From Tricharina praecox (Eukaryota), in contig NW_026250405.1 of assembly GCF_024521635.1 (NCBI RefSeq), positions 620,001-684,000 on the forward strand: DNA of 64,000 nt, in the 5' to 3' direction. Shown piece by piece: positions 29,162 to 43,767 of this stretch. The notes under the pieces were generated by a model, which worked only from the letters and a program-made list of their open reading frames with translations, was not told where the DNA came from and did no database searches. A program made the position numbers and the translations under genes. Positions within the stretch are counted from its first letter, which is position 1, and the number at the start of each line of letters is the position of its first letter.

Positions 29162-29822
29162 GCTGGTTGGTGTGGTGGATGTGGTGGATGTGGTGGGGAG
29201 GGAGGAGTGTTCTTGCTGTCTGCCTTTCTATTGTTTCGTGGACAAGGTGTAGGTGTATGTGTAGAATGAGGATGAGGAGGCTTGTGATGATCTGTCTGTC
29301 TGTCTGAAGAATTCCAATAATCGACGACGAAGCCACTTTATACCCACCTCCGTTCCCATTCCCACGCACGCTCACCAACCATCTCCAGGTCTGGAGCGTC
29401 CGAGACAAGCTCTCCGGGACGACAGTCTCGAAATACCTTGCATAAGGATCAGAAATAACAATAATAGACGTCGAAGCCTGAAGGGAACGCAGTTACGTTA
29501 CACGCTGTTCCATCCGCACGACAGACAACATTTCAAAACCGTGGATTGTTCGACTCTAACTCGCACGCCTTCCGTACGACCATAACCATGGGCGCCTCAC
29601 CTTCACCCCCACCCGGGAGCAGTCGTGGGTTCATGGCTGAGGGTGCATCGAGTACCTAGAGCGTATGCTACCAGTTGTTGTTGGTCGGTTATTTTTGCGT
29701 GGCGCTGGGTCTGGGTCCGGGTCCGAGTACATACTGCATGCCTGGTAGGCGAAGTGGTGTTGGTGTTGCGGCGTGTGTGAAGCGGAATCGAAACCGACGT
29801 TTCAGTTTCACTTCTGCATGGA

Positions 29823-29866
29823 CGAGCTTCGAGCTTCGAGCTTCGAGCATGCAAGCATGCAAGCAT
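29823..29866. repeat. (GAGCTTC)3 followed by (AGCATGCA)n
   Basis: Read directly. Confidence 0.75.
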
Positions 29867-31703
29867 GTGAGAGAGTTTGGTACAACCTACACCCCACCAC
29901 AACCACCAGCGGCTAGTTAGCCATGGCTACAGAACCTTGCTGACACATTCTACACAACACCGCACCGTACGGGGTCGCTGGAGACTGGAGTTATGCATCC
30001 CTCCCTTCGCCACGACTCACGAGTGCATCATGACCAAGGGGGAAACCACGAATGCATCCGGTTGGTTGGTGGAATGCTGAAACATGAGGGTACCTACATA
30101 CCTACGGTAACACCGGATAACATGCCGACGAGCGTCGACGAGGTGCCGACTTCCGGGTGTACATATGGGTTGGAGGAGTTTAGAGGAGAAAGAGGGAAGT
30201 GTTGTTCTCCCCCTGAATAGGTATCTAGACGGGGCATACTCCAGAGGAATAGGTACCTACAGGATCCTGCACTTCCCCGGGCTCGGCTGTCACATGGCCA
30301 AGAGTGAGGTAGGTATGGCCGCGTACAGCTTTGGAGCTTTGGGTCGTATGTAAAGTTTTTGGGGTTGTTCAGTACTAAGTAGAATAACAGTTATCAACAG
30401 ATAGATAGGTAGGTATGACCATCGCTTGCCCCGAGATATCCAGATGACAACATTCACAGCTCATTCACGGTATGTACATCTACATTCACTTATCACGCAT
30501 CGCGCCGCACGCATCACAATCAACTTTCCCGAACTGCATCCTGTATGTATCAAGTAGTAGGTATTCTATAGTATTCTATCCGAGTAACACAAACCACCAA
30601 GCCCATCCATTCATCATGTCCACCCGTTAGCACATCCCGTCATTTCCACCCGTCTGCAGCTGCAACTGCACCCTATCAAACAGTATAGGTAATCCGATTG
30701 TAGTTCGTATGATATCCATAACAGTTGCTGCCACTCCAGGCCAGGCCAGGCGTCACCGTCTTCCAGTGAACCGCTATACTTTGGAGGTTGCTGGCCGAGG
30801 CTTGCCCAGGCAAGACGAGTTGAGTTGAATTGTTCCCTTAGTTCAGCGATTAATGGTGGAACATTCGACCAGTAAGTCCCGTCGATTGCGAGTCGAGAAG
30901 GGACCATGGCCAGCGATTGTTTGTTTGATATCATGTCGCAGGCGAAAGTAGAGAAGAGACGAGTTGGATTACTGAGATACTGAAATACTGAGATGGCGAC
31001 ACCATGGAAGACGAAGACGATTTGCCGATTGGCCGTGCTTGCGAGCGAAATACTGAACCATGGCTTTTGTTTTCTGGGCCGTACTGTTTCGAAGGCGATA
31101 TGACAACGAAACGAAAATTACTGCATCTGAAAAGAAATCGACCATCGTCCTATTGTTTGTATGATTTGTTTGCAGAAGTCCGAAGCGTGACGCGAAGCGA
31201 TTGTGAAGTGAAGTGAAGCGACTGAGTGAAGAGTGAAGAGTGAAGAGTTGCCAATCCAAAGGAAAAGAGACTGAGACCACCGAAGTCGTGCATTGTTTTC
31301 TTTTCTGTGTTTTGTGTTCCTTCCGCTTTGACTGACTCTGATAAACGTTGCCTTCTGAACTGATCTTCTGAAAACCCGAACCTTTCCCACCACACCGTAG
31401 TCGAAAATCCCCGCCAATGCCGTCGCCGCGTGTAAAAACAAGGAAATGAAACAAAAAAAGTACAGAAAGCACACAAGGTGGGAATGAAATCAAGGACAAG
31501 GACAAGGAAAAGGAAAGCCAAATTAAGAAGTACAAGCGAGGAAGGGGTAAGAAACTTTTGCTGAAAATGGTTGTGGACTGAACATATTTTGCAGAGGGGT
31601 ACACAGCTCGACGATCAAAGCACATGGAGACAAGTATTAAAAAGCCGCCCCAAAGTGTCCGGTACTATGATGGTTAGCAAAAGGTTCCGCCGCAACCATC
31701 GAT

Positions 31704-33148
31704 TTATCTCCTGTAGCCGGCACGGTCGTCTTCGTAGCCACCTCCATAACTCCTGCCGCCTTCGGGTGCGCGGGGAGGCGCATCGGTAGGTGGAGCACCA
31801 CGAGGAGGGTACGCGCTAACACGGTCACCGTAAGCGAAAGACTCACGGGGAGCACGACGGTCATCATCATCGCCACGGCTGCTGTACCTGTCGTCGCCAC
31901 GGGCACCGCCACTGCCGCCATATCTGTCTTCACGGCTAGCATAACGATCAACGCCACGAGGACCTCCGTAGTCGTCACGGCTGTCACGAGAGCGGTAATG
32001 ACGCTCGCCAGCATCACGGTCATCGTAGCGGGAAGAGTAACCACCACCACCTCCTCCACCACGGCGGTCGTAGTCATCGTAGTAACGGCCACCACGGGGA
32101 GGACGACGGTCGTCACCGAAACGCCCACCACCACCACCTCCTCCACCGGGGGGTCCACGGCGGAAATCATCTGCTGGCAAGTTAGCTGAGAGTACATCGT
32201 GGGACTGGTCCATGACGGGAGATATCTACCTCGCTTCGGGGGTCCAAAGTACTTTCCAGGGGTCGGGGTCCTGGGCCGGCTACGTCTCGCCTTCTCAATG
32301 CTCAGGGTCCTACCCTCAAAGGATTCACCTTGAAGTCCCTCCTTGGCTCCATCGGCCTGCTCAAGGGTCGACATCTTGACGAAACCGAATCCGCGAGACT
32401 CTTTAGTGTGAGGGTCAAGCATGATCTGGCATTTCTCGACTTCTCCATACTTGGCGAAGAGACGCATGACGTCGTCCTCAGTGAGACGCGGGTGAATACC
32501 AGTGACAAAGAGGTTGGTACCAGTGTTAGTAGCGGCATCAGCAGCACCGCCATTGCCACGACGGTCACCACCACGGTCAGACGCGTTAGACACGTCATCG
32601 CCAGCAGGACGGCGATCTTCGCGCTCAGCACCAGCGCTATTATATCAAGTCAGCAAACTGTATACGCAAAGAGGCAGTGTAAGACAAACCGATCACCCAT
32701 TCTACCTCCAGGAGAGGCACTGCGGTTGCGGTCCCGTCTAGGAGGGGACTCGCGTCTACGAGGAGACATGGAGCGGTCGTCCCTAGCATACTGGTCGCGA
32801 GGCTCACCATCTAAGCTCATTGTCAGCTTTCTGTGCAGAAGTGTTTATGCATGTGCGTGTGCGACGCGTCAGGGGATTCCAAGCCAGGGCTGCTCGATGT
32901 CCAACGCGCCACTCCTTTCGGAACAAGGAAATGATGAAGTTGCCAATCCATGCAGTGCAGGCTCTCGGCGTCCTCCATGGAGGACTCAATCTCGAGGTAA
33001 TATTGACGCAACAATCGTGACGTAAAATGGGGGACAAGGTGTGCGTGCGCGCTCATGCCCGTGACGAGCATATGGAACAGGAGTGGGGGTAATCACCGTC
33101 GGAAAGCTTACCATCGTAGCCGCGGCTTTCGTTTTCGTAATCCATCAT
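31704..33148 (-). CDS. Single-RRM Tra2/SR-like RNA-binding protein
   Basis: MMDYENESRGYD; RS/RD dipeptides; RRM NTGTNLFVTGI..ESRGFGFVKM..LSIEKARRSRPRTPTPGKYFG; RGG/RD/Y-rich tail. Introns 33111-32811, 32689-32637, 32229-32171. Confidence 0.92.
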
Positions 33149-34638
33149 GGAGGCAAATGTAGTTTGTCGAAAATGCGATGGGTTGAACTATCCTGTTCGA
33201 GAGGGGGGAGGAGTGTAAGCAGAGTTCGTGGTTTTAAATTGAAATCGAAGACAACCGGCCTCTACGCGACCGGGAGTTTCCTTCGAAGGAAAGCAAAACT
33301 TACAAAGAGAACGGAACGTCTGGTTTGACGACGAGCAAAACCTAGGGGCTACAACAGAAGCAAAGTCAAAGGTTGTTGGCGATGGTTGTGGGGGGATGGA
33401 GGACGGTGGTAGTGAGAGAAAGGGTGGTGCTCGGAGTTGCTGTCCGATGGTGATGGTGGTTGAAAGGAAGAAGGAGATGAGGACTGGTGGCAAGAAAAAA
33501 GGGAGAAGCGCGAACGACGACGAGGCGACTCTGCGCCAAGACCCAGCACAGTGCCTTGCCTAGCCCTTTCCCAAAAGGGGTGAACAACAAACAAGCCGAG
33601 CTAAGAAATCAAAGAGGGCAAAAGTGTGAGTAACAGTGAACAGGTATCTTAGCGAGTGAGTTAGTGAGAGAGAGCGAAGAATAACTAGAGTCAGAGGCAG
33701 TTCTCGTAGAAGTTGAGAGAGTTGAAGGACCTTCTTGTCGTGGGGATTGAATTGAGAGGGCCGCAGAGAAGAGCAGAGCAGAGTAAAAGCGCGAGGCTGG
33801 CCAGCGATAAGATCGATTGGATATCCTTCCACAAGCCGTGGCCTTAACTGCTACTCTAGTATGCTTAAAACCTCAGCGCGAGCCGCAAACCGCCACGCGT
33901 CGATCAACTCCCGCCTCCGCCTACCCCACGCCGCGATCCGGCACTCCGCGGGTTTCGATGGAGATGACTTCAGGCCTAAGCCAGATGATCGATTTATATG
34001 GCAAAAAGAGGTCTTAGTGAATGACACTGTATAGTACGATACGCTGGCCTCCTTGTGACTCGAGGAAGCTGCAACGGCGGCGGAAATGGAACACGTTAGA
34101 TGCTTCATATAGTTCACAGATGGGGACATTTGTCGGTGAATAGATGGACTGTCCACCGGTATCGTCCACTGACATAAGGACCAAAATACATAGTCGTACA
34201 CCTTACAAATATCAATCCTCTTCATTCTTCATATCGTGAGCATTATTTGAGCACATAAGATAGATTTGTACTTCCTCCCTCTCCACCTCCCCCCAACACA
34301 CCCCCTCCCAGTCCCGCTCTCTACTGGTACCGCGTACACCGAAAACCAATCACACTGCAAGAACGTATCCCAAACCATACCAAATAAGAATAAAACCCTG
34401 AAGCAAAGAAAAAAGAAGTCGTAGAAGAACATATCGGAAGGAAGGAAAAAAGTACAGGCACCGTTTCGTAGACAGATAAGAATAGCAGAACCCAGAAAAT
34501 CAAACCCACGAGAAGAAAGTATTCACCAGTCTCACTCCAAATTAAACCAGAAAGAGAAAGAATCAAAAGAACACCAATCGAACAAAATGAAAAGGAGCAT
34601 AGGTACAAATCACAGCAAAGCAATAGGAAGGAAAAGGA

Positions 34639-37600
34639 CTATCGCCTCTTCTTCCTCGAGGTTCCCGCTCCCGTGTTCCCGAACCTACCATTCGTCTCCC
34701 TGGCCGACTTGCGGCTCCTGGAGGGTGGGGATATGTTCTCATTCTCGCCCTCATTATTCTCGTCGCCGGTCGAGCCCGCACCCACGCCAACATCTGCATT
34801 CTCGTCGAGATCGTCCGGGTAGTCGCTGAGGACACTAGTGTTACTAAGTGCCTCCAGATCCACGGTGGCGGTTGTGCTGCTTCCATTGTTCGGTGGGAGG
34901 TCCGGTAGATCTATCATCGGATCTCGAGCCTGTGCACCGCGTGAGCGTGGTGGGGAGGAAGCGGCAACAGCGCCAGCCGCTTTCGTGGTGGATGTTGGTA
35001 CGACAGCGGAGGAGCCGAGAATCGTTCCGAGCGGCGAGGGAAGATCTTCGCCTCGGTATCCACCGAGGAGATCGTCGTCGGTTGCAAACCCGTCATGCAT
35101 GCTGTCATCAACATCAGACAAGTTTCCGGTTGCGCCGCCTGCAGTGGTTGTAGTGGTTGCGGTGGTGGTGGTGGCCGGCGCCGGATTGATGGCTTCTGGA
35201 ACCTCTGAGGTGACAGTGTACTGCGTAGCCATTTCGTCGTCAATTTCACCCTCTGCGTCCTCATCGTGGAGATCCAGAGGTAAGACCGGCATGCGTACGG
35301 GTGGTACGAGTTCGGTAGGCACCGGTGTCGGCGGTACATCAAGCAAGAACTCGTCATCGGGATCCCCAGGTGCATCTTCCATCTCTTCATCCGCAGGTGC
35401 GTCCTCCATTCCATGATCTTCGTCAACAATTGAACTATCCACAGGCTTGTCTGGCAAAACCCCACTAGGATTTTCGGCCGAAGGGGACCTCGCAACTTCA
35501 GGCGCCAGTACTGAGCCGTAAGATGATTTGCCATTTCCCAAAGTCGAGGGCTCGTTGTCAAGCTCCGTAACGGAGGCGCTGTGGTCCCTGGGTTGCCATG
35601 GCTGAGACACGGTGTCGATGGATCCGACTATCCATTCTCCTGCCACGGTCTTCGCGAGAGCACCAATGATTGTGCCACCTTTCGGCAGATTCAAAGGCTC
35701 ATATATTGAGGTCCTATTCTTGAGTGGCTCCGGTAAGGCTTCCTTAACGAGCTGGAGCGATGGGCTGTTTGGTAACGAGCCGGCGGTGCCGTTGACAGGA
35801 ACGTCGAATAGCGTGCCGTTGAATTGCTCCAACAACCGCGGTCGTTTTGCCGGTCGCTCTGCCATCTCATCCCACAGCTCCTCTTGCTTCTTCAAAGCCT
35901 TCTTGAAGGAAGGCTCCAGCGCATCCATGATCTTGCCACCAATAGTCTTGACATCTTCTTCGTTGAGCAAGCGTGAAGAAGGCGGCAGTTGTGGTTGGAT
36001 GTAACGACTGGCTCGGATGTCGAACTCGAGGTGTGGATCGGTACTCGAAGAGCGCAGCACGGACCGCATATCGGCAATGAACGCGGAAACGTTGGGATAG
36101 AGTCTGGCCTCAATGCGATCGCGAATGAGACCGAACCCATACTCGAATATTGTCTCTTGGTCCAATCTGCTGTTCATTAGCAACTTGTGACTGTCAAAGG
36201 GGTGGTGAAAAGCTTACTTCTGTGCTCCATCGAGGACCTCTCTCATTAGAGGAAGTTCCGGAAAGTACATCCTATCGAAGTAGGCACCGAGAACTTCCGC
36301 CTCTCGGAGCATGGAATTTTCCCCGGTGCCGACTGCCTTCACGACACCAATCATGCCAACTAGATCCTTTTCAAGACTTCCAGAAAAGTCTCGTCGGCGC
36401 TCCAGCTTCTTGCCGCCTTGAGTGTGTCCCAGGGCAGCATAGTTCTTCCGGATGACCTCTGACGAAGTAAAACTATTACTATCGGCCTGCACCTGGAATC
36501 TTCGGACTAAACTAGCACCCCGCCTAGCTTCGCGCTTCAGAGTCCAGTATTTACAAGCTTCGACCGCAAAATTCTTGGTATTTGAGATCCCAAAGTCCAC
36601 AAGAGAATCGATGATGACATCCAAGATAATCACCGGTATCACTGGCGCCCCCGATTGAAGTTTCCATACTGTCCTCTGTTCGGATTCATGCTTCCGCTTG
36701 TCGCCCGATTTATGGATAGCTCGTGCGAAATCGCCAACTCCCGAAGCGCCCGATCTGGCCATGGCAGCCGCATGGGAATCGCCCCATTCGCGTCCGGTGA
36801 AGCTGTTGGCATAGTAGTTCATGGCGTCTTCCGTAGCAGCATCTACCTCATTTTCCTTTCTCCAATCCGGCGGAACATGCTTGTGACAAAGCGCTTTTAA
36901 GCCTGACGACTCGAGTTGAGCTCCTGATCCACTGGTGTTCTTCATCTTCATGTGCAGTCGGGCACGACGTCCACAAGTAACATGGAATGCAAGAAAGCAA
37001 TTCCTGTTACTGCACTGGATGCAGGCGCCCATTTTCTGCTTGCAGATGTAGCAATTCTGAAAAATAAGCGATATCAGCTAGGGACCTTCAGACCGAGGCT
37101 ATAGGTACAATGCTCACCAACTTCCATCGCGATTTCGGTACCAGTTCAACACCCTCGACAGGTTCCATGAACGATGGATTGGCAAGCCGAACTTCGGGAA
37201 TCCAGATCGCACATAGAAGGTGTGCCCATCTGTTCGTGTTGGTCTGCTTGAATGCGCCGTCGATGTTGGGACAGAAAACACAGTGCTTTACAATATTAGC
37301 TTGGTCCCGAGCAAATCGAAAGAGAGGGAAAGAGACATACAGCGACCTGTCGAGGAATCTGCTGACACTTTCGGCAGTGCCATTGTCCTTCGGGGATATA
37401 TGGTACTCCATAGCACTCTTGGTGAACAGCCAGGTTGCACCCATCACAGAAGACAATCGCGTTTGCGTTTTCGCACTCGCCGTCATCGCAGATGGCACAC
37501 TTGCTATCCTCAGCTCCTTCATCGTCGTCCTCCTCGCCAGCCCTGCCAGAACTCCGTCGCCTATTCGACATCCCGACACCATGTGGTTTGGCTTGTATCT

Positions 37601-39290
37601 TTGGCATCTTCTTTTCCAGGTTGACCCATTCCTTCTCGATCTTGGTCATGGCAAACTCGAACATTTCCTTGTCGACCAGATCGTCGCCGGTTATCATTCG
37701 GTGAGAATTGTAGTTGGTGAGCCACTTATCATCCTGTTCGTCCATGTCGTATTCCACCACGTCGAGTCCCAACCCGCTGAGTTCCTCGTCTACTGTGACG
37801 TCCGGCTGGTCTCTGATCAAATTCGGCGGACACTCAAAGTGCGTCGAATGCTGATAGCCAATGGCAATCATCTTGTCTGACATCGGCGCTTCATTGTAGG
37901 GCTGAGAGCCACCAAGCTTGTGAGGTCCCTTGCCGCTGCCAGAACTGCCTCCCAATCCACGATGAGCGAATGTGAAAGACTGGATCTGGCGGAAAGACGG
38001 TGCGCGCAAATGGAGCTTCTCGTGCGGGTTCTGACTCTGGTTCTGCGACCTTGGCTTCCGAGTGGACGGTGGTGGGGGAGCACGGGGTGGTGGTTTGCCA
38101 GCCGTTGTACGGTGCGCACGAAGCGATGCAAGTGTAGGCACATCACTCAAACCCCTCTTGGTAGGAGAAGGTACGACCTCCGGCGCAGCCGGTGTAGTTG
38201 GTGGTGGGGTAGGTGCAGAGGTAACGGATTCGTCCTTCAGCGGTCCGTCGGTGGGGGTTGCAGCCGGCGTCTGTGTTTGAGCCGGAGGCGGGTGGGCATC
38301 TGGAGCCGACAATGCCGGATCGATGGGAACCGAGAGAGCCGGGTCCAGCATCGATAGTGGGGGCGGTGTCAATGCTGTAAGGCTAGGATCAATGGGCAAA
38401 TCGTTCGTCAATCCATATGGGAACAGATCAACGTGCCTGTTGGCGCTGCTGCTGGTAGCCGACACGGGATCATAGTCGGTGTGGGTAGCAGTAGATACAC
38501 CATTGGACGTGAGCGAGACCGGAGAGGTTGCCGACTTCTTTGTGTTATAATCCTCTGTGGTATTGCGCGCGCGATGACTAGAGCTTTCGGAGGGAGCACT
38601 GCCTGCAATCGAGGCACTGCGCTCACCTTGAGACTCCTCTTTGATGGATCCGGCAGGAGCCATATCTTTCCGCATCTCCTCTTCCTCCTTTATATCGACT
38701 ATCTTAACCGTCTTCGTCGTCCCATCAGGCAACACCGGCGGCTTGTAGTTCTCCCCATCCACCTCCTGCGCATGCAGCACAAGCAACGGTTGATCCACAT
38801 CAAATCCTGGGTGAAACTCCGTGTAGCTGCGCTCCTCGCGTGGTTTGTAAACACCATCTGGACCCACTGGAGGCGGCTTGGGTAGAGGCATCACCGGTGT
38901 CTGCGCCATGGCCGCAGCAGCTCTCCGCGCAACAGTACCCCCTCCCCCGCTCCCTCCCCCTCCTCCCTCGCTCTTCATCTTCTTTATAAGATCTCTGTAG
39001 ACCGTAGCCGGGATTTCCTCTCCAGTGCTGGGGTGCAGATAGCGTCCGCCGCCACCAGCGCCCCCGGGTCTGTAGCCATTCGAGTACGTCCCTCCGGACC
39101 CTCCCACTCCTCCTCCCCCTCGCCGACGACCAGTAGGAGTCCCTTCCGGCGTCTTCGGGGCAGGCGTGCTAGCCTTCCTCCTCGACGCAGTGCTCGTTCC
39201 CCGCTGGTACAGTCTCGGTCTTCCGCGTCCTCGGCCGCGCACGGGAGTCTGTGAGGGCGTACGCGTTGTCTTGGGCGAGTTCGAAGTCAT
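34639..39290 (-). CDS. NTO1: NuA3/Mst2 complex scaffold, Nto1/BRPF-like (EPL1 + PHD + extended PHD + degenerate bromodomain-like region)
   Basis: VEYDMDEQDDKWL, KIEKEW, CAICDDGECENANAIVFCDGCNLAVHQECYG, CVFCPNIDGAFKQT..WAHLLCAIWIPE, GACIQC..FHVTC, YWTLKR. Introns 37340-37286, 37117-37057, 36217-36167. Confidence 0.92.
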
Positions 39291-40097
39291 GGCTGCAGCG
39301 AGTTCCGGAGATCGCGGCGGCGGAGGATGACGTGACTTTGGCTTCCTTCACACGTCCAGTCAAGAAGCGGTGCAGGCGCCGGTCATGTAGAGTTGTGTAG
39401 GGGTGAAAGCGATAGCGACACGTCCCACGAGCACAAGTTAAGTTGGAATTCGCCTGTCGTCTTCTCTCCTGCTCCGTCTCTCTCTTGTGTCGGTACGTAG
39501 GGTATAGTTGGTGTCGGTACGGAGTTTCTTTTCGGTTCTTCTCTCTTTCGCGATAGGGGGTTGGCACGAGTTGAGGTTGGGTTTGGGGCTCAGAGCAAGC
39601 TTGCTGTGGCTGAGGAGCAGGGGGGGCGTCGCGCTTTGCTTTTGGCTGGTGCGATGGCGGCGGTTAGGCGGCGGGTTGATTGTCTGGCGAGGGCGATTGT
39701 TTGCGAAAAGAGCCGCGTCAGGCTTCGCTTCTTGGCCTTGGCACAGTGGAGGAGACAGATGGAATATCGATCAGAGTTGCCTTCGTCATCCTCATCTTCC
39801 ATCATTCTGTTGCTAGACGAGGGGCGATCGTTCCACTAGATCGGTAAGCAAGCAGAGACACCCGCCCCACTCTAGACTCCCTAGTCGCCCGCGTCTGCGC
39901 CTCTGTCCGTGCTGTAAGTACGTGTCACCGCATCTACGCAAGCTGCAGCTGCCTGCCGGTAACAATCGATCCCCGAGATCTGGAAAGAGAGATCGCAGAG
40001 CTATCGATCTGTCGAGTCGTCTTTGTTCTCCAATAGTCCATCGTGATTGGATATCCCGAGCTATCCGCCGCCACCCCCTCCCAAGCTCCACGCTGCC

Positions 40098-41187
40098 ATG
40101 TCGCCTCCATCTCAAGAGCCCGACCAGTGGACCGTCCTGGCGCACGCCGTCTCGCGCGTTCTTGGCTGGTCCTACGTCCTCTGCTGGGTACATGTCCATT
40201 CTGCTCCACCTTTCCCTGCGACGCCATTAACATCCCTTAGGGCATATCCTTCTACCCCCAACTCCTCAGCAACATAAAACGGCGTTCAGTCACAGGCCTC
40301 GCACTCGATTACTTCGTCCTCAACGTGGTTGGGTTCGCCTGCTACACCGTATCATGTATCGCATTTCTCTTCTTCCCTGTGGTCCGCAAAGAATATGCCG
40401 ATCGCCACCCCGATGCGCCGGAGCCGACGGTGCGGGGAAATGATCTTGCGTTTGCGGCGCATGCGTTGGTGATCAGTATGATCACGTTGTCGCAGTTCTG
40501 GACGAGTCTGTGGGGATATGAGAGGCATCCGACACAGAAAATGTCGAGGCCTATGAAGGCATTTGTCGCAGGGTGCTTCGCGGTTGTAGGGATTAGTTGC
40601 GCTTGTGTAGACAGTGACAGTTGGGGGTGGATTGACGTGGTGAGTACTTTTCCTTCTCCTTTGCGATTTTTGAATCCTGCTCCACCCGTTCCAAGGCGCT
40701 ATCGGATGGATATTCCCAACCAATATTCTTATTTACAGCCAGAGCGCTCACATACATTTACGACTTCGCTACTCCACCTCATCACAAATGTCAATCAACG
40801 AGTGACGTCCTATGCTAACAAACACAGGTCTACACGCTAACAACCCTCAAACTCGCCATCAGCCTGCTCAAATACACCCCTCAATTTCGGCTGAACTACC
40901 TACGGAAATCCACCGTGGGGTGGTCGATCGAAAACATCCTTCTCGACTTCTCAGGCGGCCTGCTGTCGCTCTTGCAGCTACTGCTGGACTCGTCGCTGCA
41001 GAGTGATTGGTCGGGAGTCACCGGAAACCCCGTCAAGTTCTTTCTGTCATTGATTGCGATGGGCTTTGACCTGGCGTTTATGTGGCAGCATTACGTGCTT
41101 TATAGAGTCAAGGGAGAGGGGGAGGAGGTGGAGGGGGAGAGGAGGGGGTTGTTGGCCCAGGAGGAGCGTGGGGATGCGACTGTGTAG
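40098..41187 (+). CDS. ERS1: Cystinosin/Ers1-like PQ-loop vacuolar cystine transporter
   Basis: [67 protein letters not shown]-terminal ERRGLL dileucine sorting motif. Introns 40188-40240 and about 40641-40828. Confidence 0.92.
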
Positions 41188-43767
41188 AGGGACTTTTGAC
41201 TGGAATGTGCGATAAGATTATACCAGGCGGCGATGGAAATGGGTGCTCTGGTAAATTGTTACAATGGAGACAACGTGTCGAGCGAACATGAGTGCTTGGA
41301 AGATGATGGACGTGAACTGTGTATCTTCAGGTTTTTTTTTGTTGATCATACTCTCATTCAGCCTCCTTAGACTATGACGGCGCACATTTTCTCCCGTTCC
41401 CGTCCATAGCTCGAGTCACTGTCTCAGTGCGGCAACCACCCTTCCACTGTTATCTCACAGCCCTTCGTACACTAGAAGCCGAGTGATACACCATGGTACC
41501 AGTACATTCAAACGCATCACAGCTGTCAAAGCCCAACATGCCACAGTTCCGCATATCTCCACTGTATCCTCCATTACTAATGCTTGACATCAGCTGTTTC
41601 CTATCGCCGGTGGGAGGAGAATTACACAGGCACCGATCAAAGCAGTACATTCTTACCAGCCGATATAATTTCCCTACCCTCGTTGTATGTACATACAGTT
41701 CCATCCACCATCGACGTCCTTCCTTTTACTTCATACGAACCAACCCTTCAACTATATTTCAGCCTTCATCAGCGCAATTACGATGCCCCACATTCAGTCT
41801 AGGCCTGCCACCAGACCTGCCATGGCAGACCATGGATCGTTACAGTCACAATCACAATCACAATCACAAAACCTACGGACGCATATGCAAGCGGCCAGCT
41901 GAACTCGCCATATATATATGCACAAGTACACTCGACCCACCTTGGGGGATCCCCCATCCACACTATGTACAAGCTCAACAGTCTATATACCGCGGCTCAA
42001 AAGATCTCCGTCGTCCGCCGTCCGGTCCTGCTCGTTTGGGCAATGGGCAAAAACTGGGTACCTACGCTAGTTCGTTACCGTAGGCATGATTATCGGGTAT
42101 CAAACAATCCTGTCAAACCAGACGGTCAAGAAGTCAGAACCAAGAAAGATCAGAACCAAGTCAGGTCAAGTCTGCCAGTTTTCCCCTCCGTTCTAAATTG
42201 GCGACACTCCCACAGTTACCACACGGTCCATACGGTCCACACCCCCCTGTGTATCTGTGTCTGTGTCTGTGTATCTTCCGATCTGGCTTGGATGAGAGGT
42301 GGAGACGAGGAGGAGCGTGGAGTGGTCCGTCACCATCCGCCTCGCTATGCCCACCAACCAGTATCCAGTGTTTCCGTTCAAAGAATACAAGCACACACAC
42401 TCCCCGAACAAAATCAAAATGCCTTCCGCGATAAGCACTCAAATCAAATCTGATCCCTCCTCCCTCCCTCCTACCACACACCCGTGCCACGTCCCTCCCC
42501 TTCTCCCCTTCCCACTCCCGCCCCCTCCCACTCTTGAACCATTACATAGTACGTCCACCTGGTCAAAGATCAAAAGTCTTCCACGCCTGTAGGCTCACTC
42601 GCACTTGGCAGAGCATCGTCTCAAACCAAAAAACCGAACCTGCGAAGCACTCACTCACTCACTCACTCACCATGCTCCGATCTGGATGGTGGATGGACAA
42701 GTTTGCCGTCGTCCGCCCACGGAAATCGTAAGATCTCCGCTTGCTGGACGGTGGTCTGCCGTCCTCCCCCGTCTACGAACTACCCCCCTCCCACCAGCCA
42801 GTCGGCACCACAGTTCCCACAGCCTACCCCCGCCGCCCCCACCAGCCCACCAGGCCATTATGTACCATCCCACCACCACCCACCACCCACCACCACCCAC
42901 ACTACTGTCCGCCCAGCACGACTAACACGGCGTGCCTTACGCCTTACGCCTTACAGTGTACATACACTTTGACTTATCGCCGTAGGTAGCTATAGGGATG
43001 GTGGGGCGTAAGCTGCAGCAGCCGTACATATGGTGCTTACTTGCCGGGTGTTGTTTACTTACTTGTACTTACTTACTTGCTAGGTAAGTATTTTCCACAG
43101 CACATGCACATCCATCCCATCCGAAGCACGGGAGTCGAGACAAGACGAGACGGGACGAGACGGGAGACATTTGCAAAGTGTATGAAGTATGTGAAGATGT
43201 AGGTATGAAGTCCGAAAAGCCAAGTGTTTATTCTGCAAATGCAAATTGCAAATCCTGCCATTGCAAGCTCTTTGCTTTTAAAACCCCGGTTGAGTAGCAA
43301 GCAGCCCCCCATCAAGTAGAAGTAGAAATACCTAAGTAGAGTAGAGCAACGACAAGCAGCAGAAGAAGAAAAAGAAGAAGGAGAAAAAAAAGCAGAAAAC
43401 TCCGTACGGTGAAAAGCAAATTCGGGAAACAGAGGTAAAAAGTAGAGCAAGCAAAGCAGAAAAAAGACTGAAGCACACTACGCCGCAGAGATGGAAAAAG
43501 GTTTGGAGAAGGAAGAAATAAGAGGAAAAAGGTTATTAAACCCCAACGACCGTTGCGAACATTTTTTCCCAAAGAAACAAGAGCCCGACGCTGATGTGTA
43601 CTCGCTAGTCGGGTGGACTGATAGCAAACAAGAAAAAACCCCTAGACACCCCATAAACAGCAATTGATATTGGGAGACGGGCCCTGATTTGTCTCATAAC
43701 CCGCTCGATAGGTTTGGGAAAAAAATGAGGGGTATGTCGCAGGTGGCCAGGTCGAAGGAGTAGCGGG

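Noticed and set aside
29572..29592. TACGACCATA resembling the 5' end of fungal 5S rRNA
   Set aside because: Similarity stops after about 10 nt; no internal box A/C or 3' stem.
30614..30934. 106-aa minus-strand ORF rich in Trp
   Set aside because: No recognisable motif or supporting splice structure; cannot be supported without a homology search.
41400..43100. Possible plus-strand transcript converging on the C2H2 gene
   Set aside because: Scattered splice-like signals and microsatellites, but no coherent donor-branch-acceptor chain or ORF.
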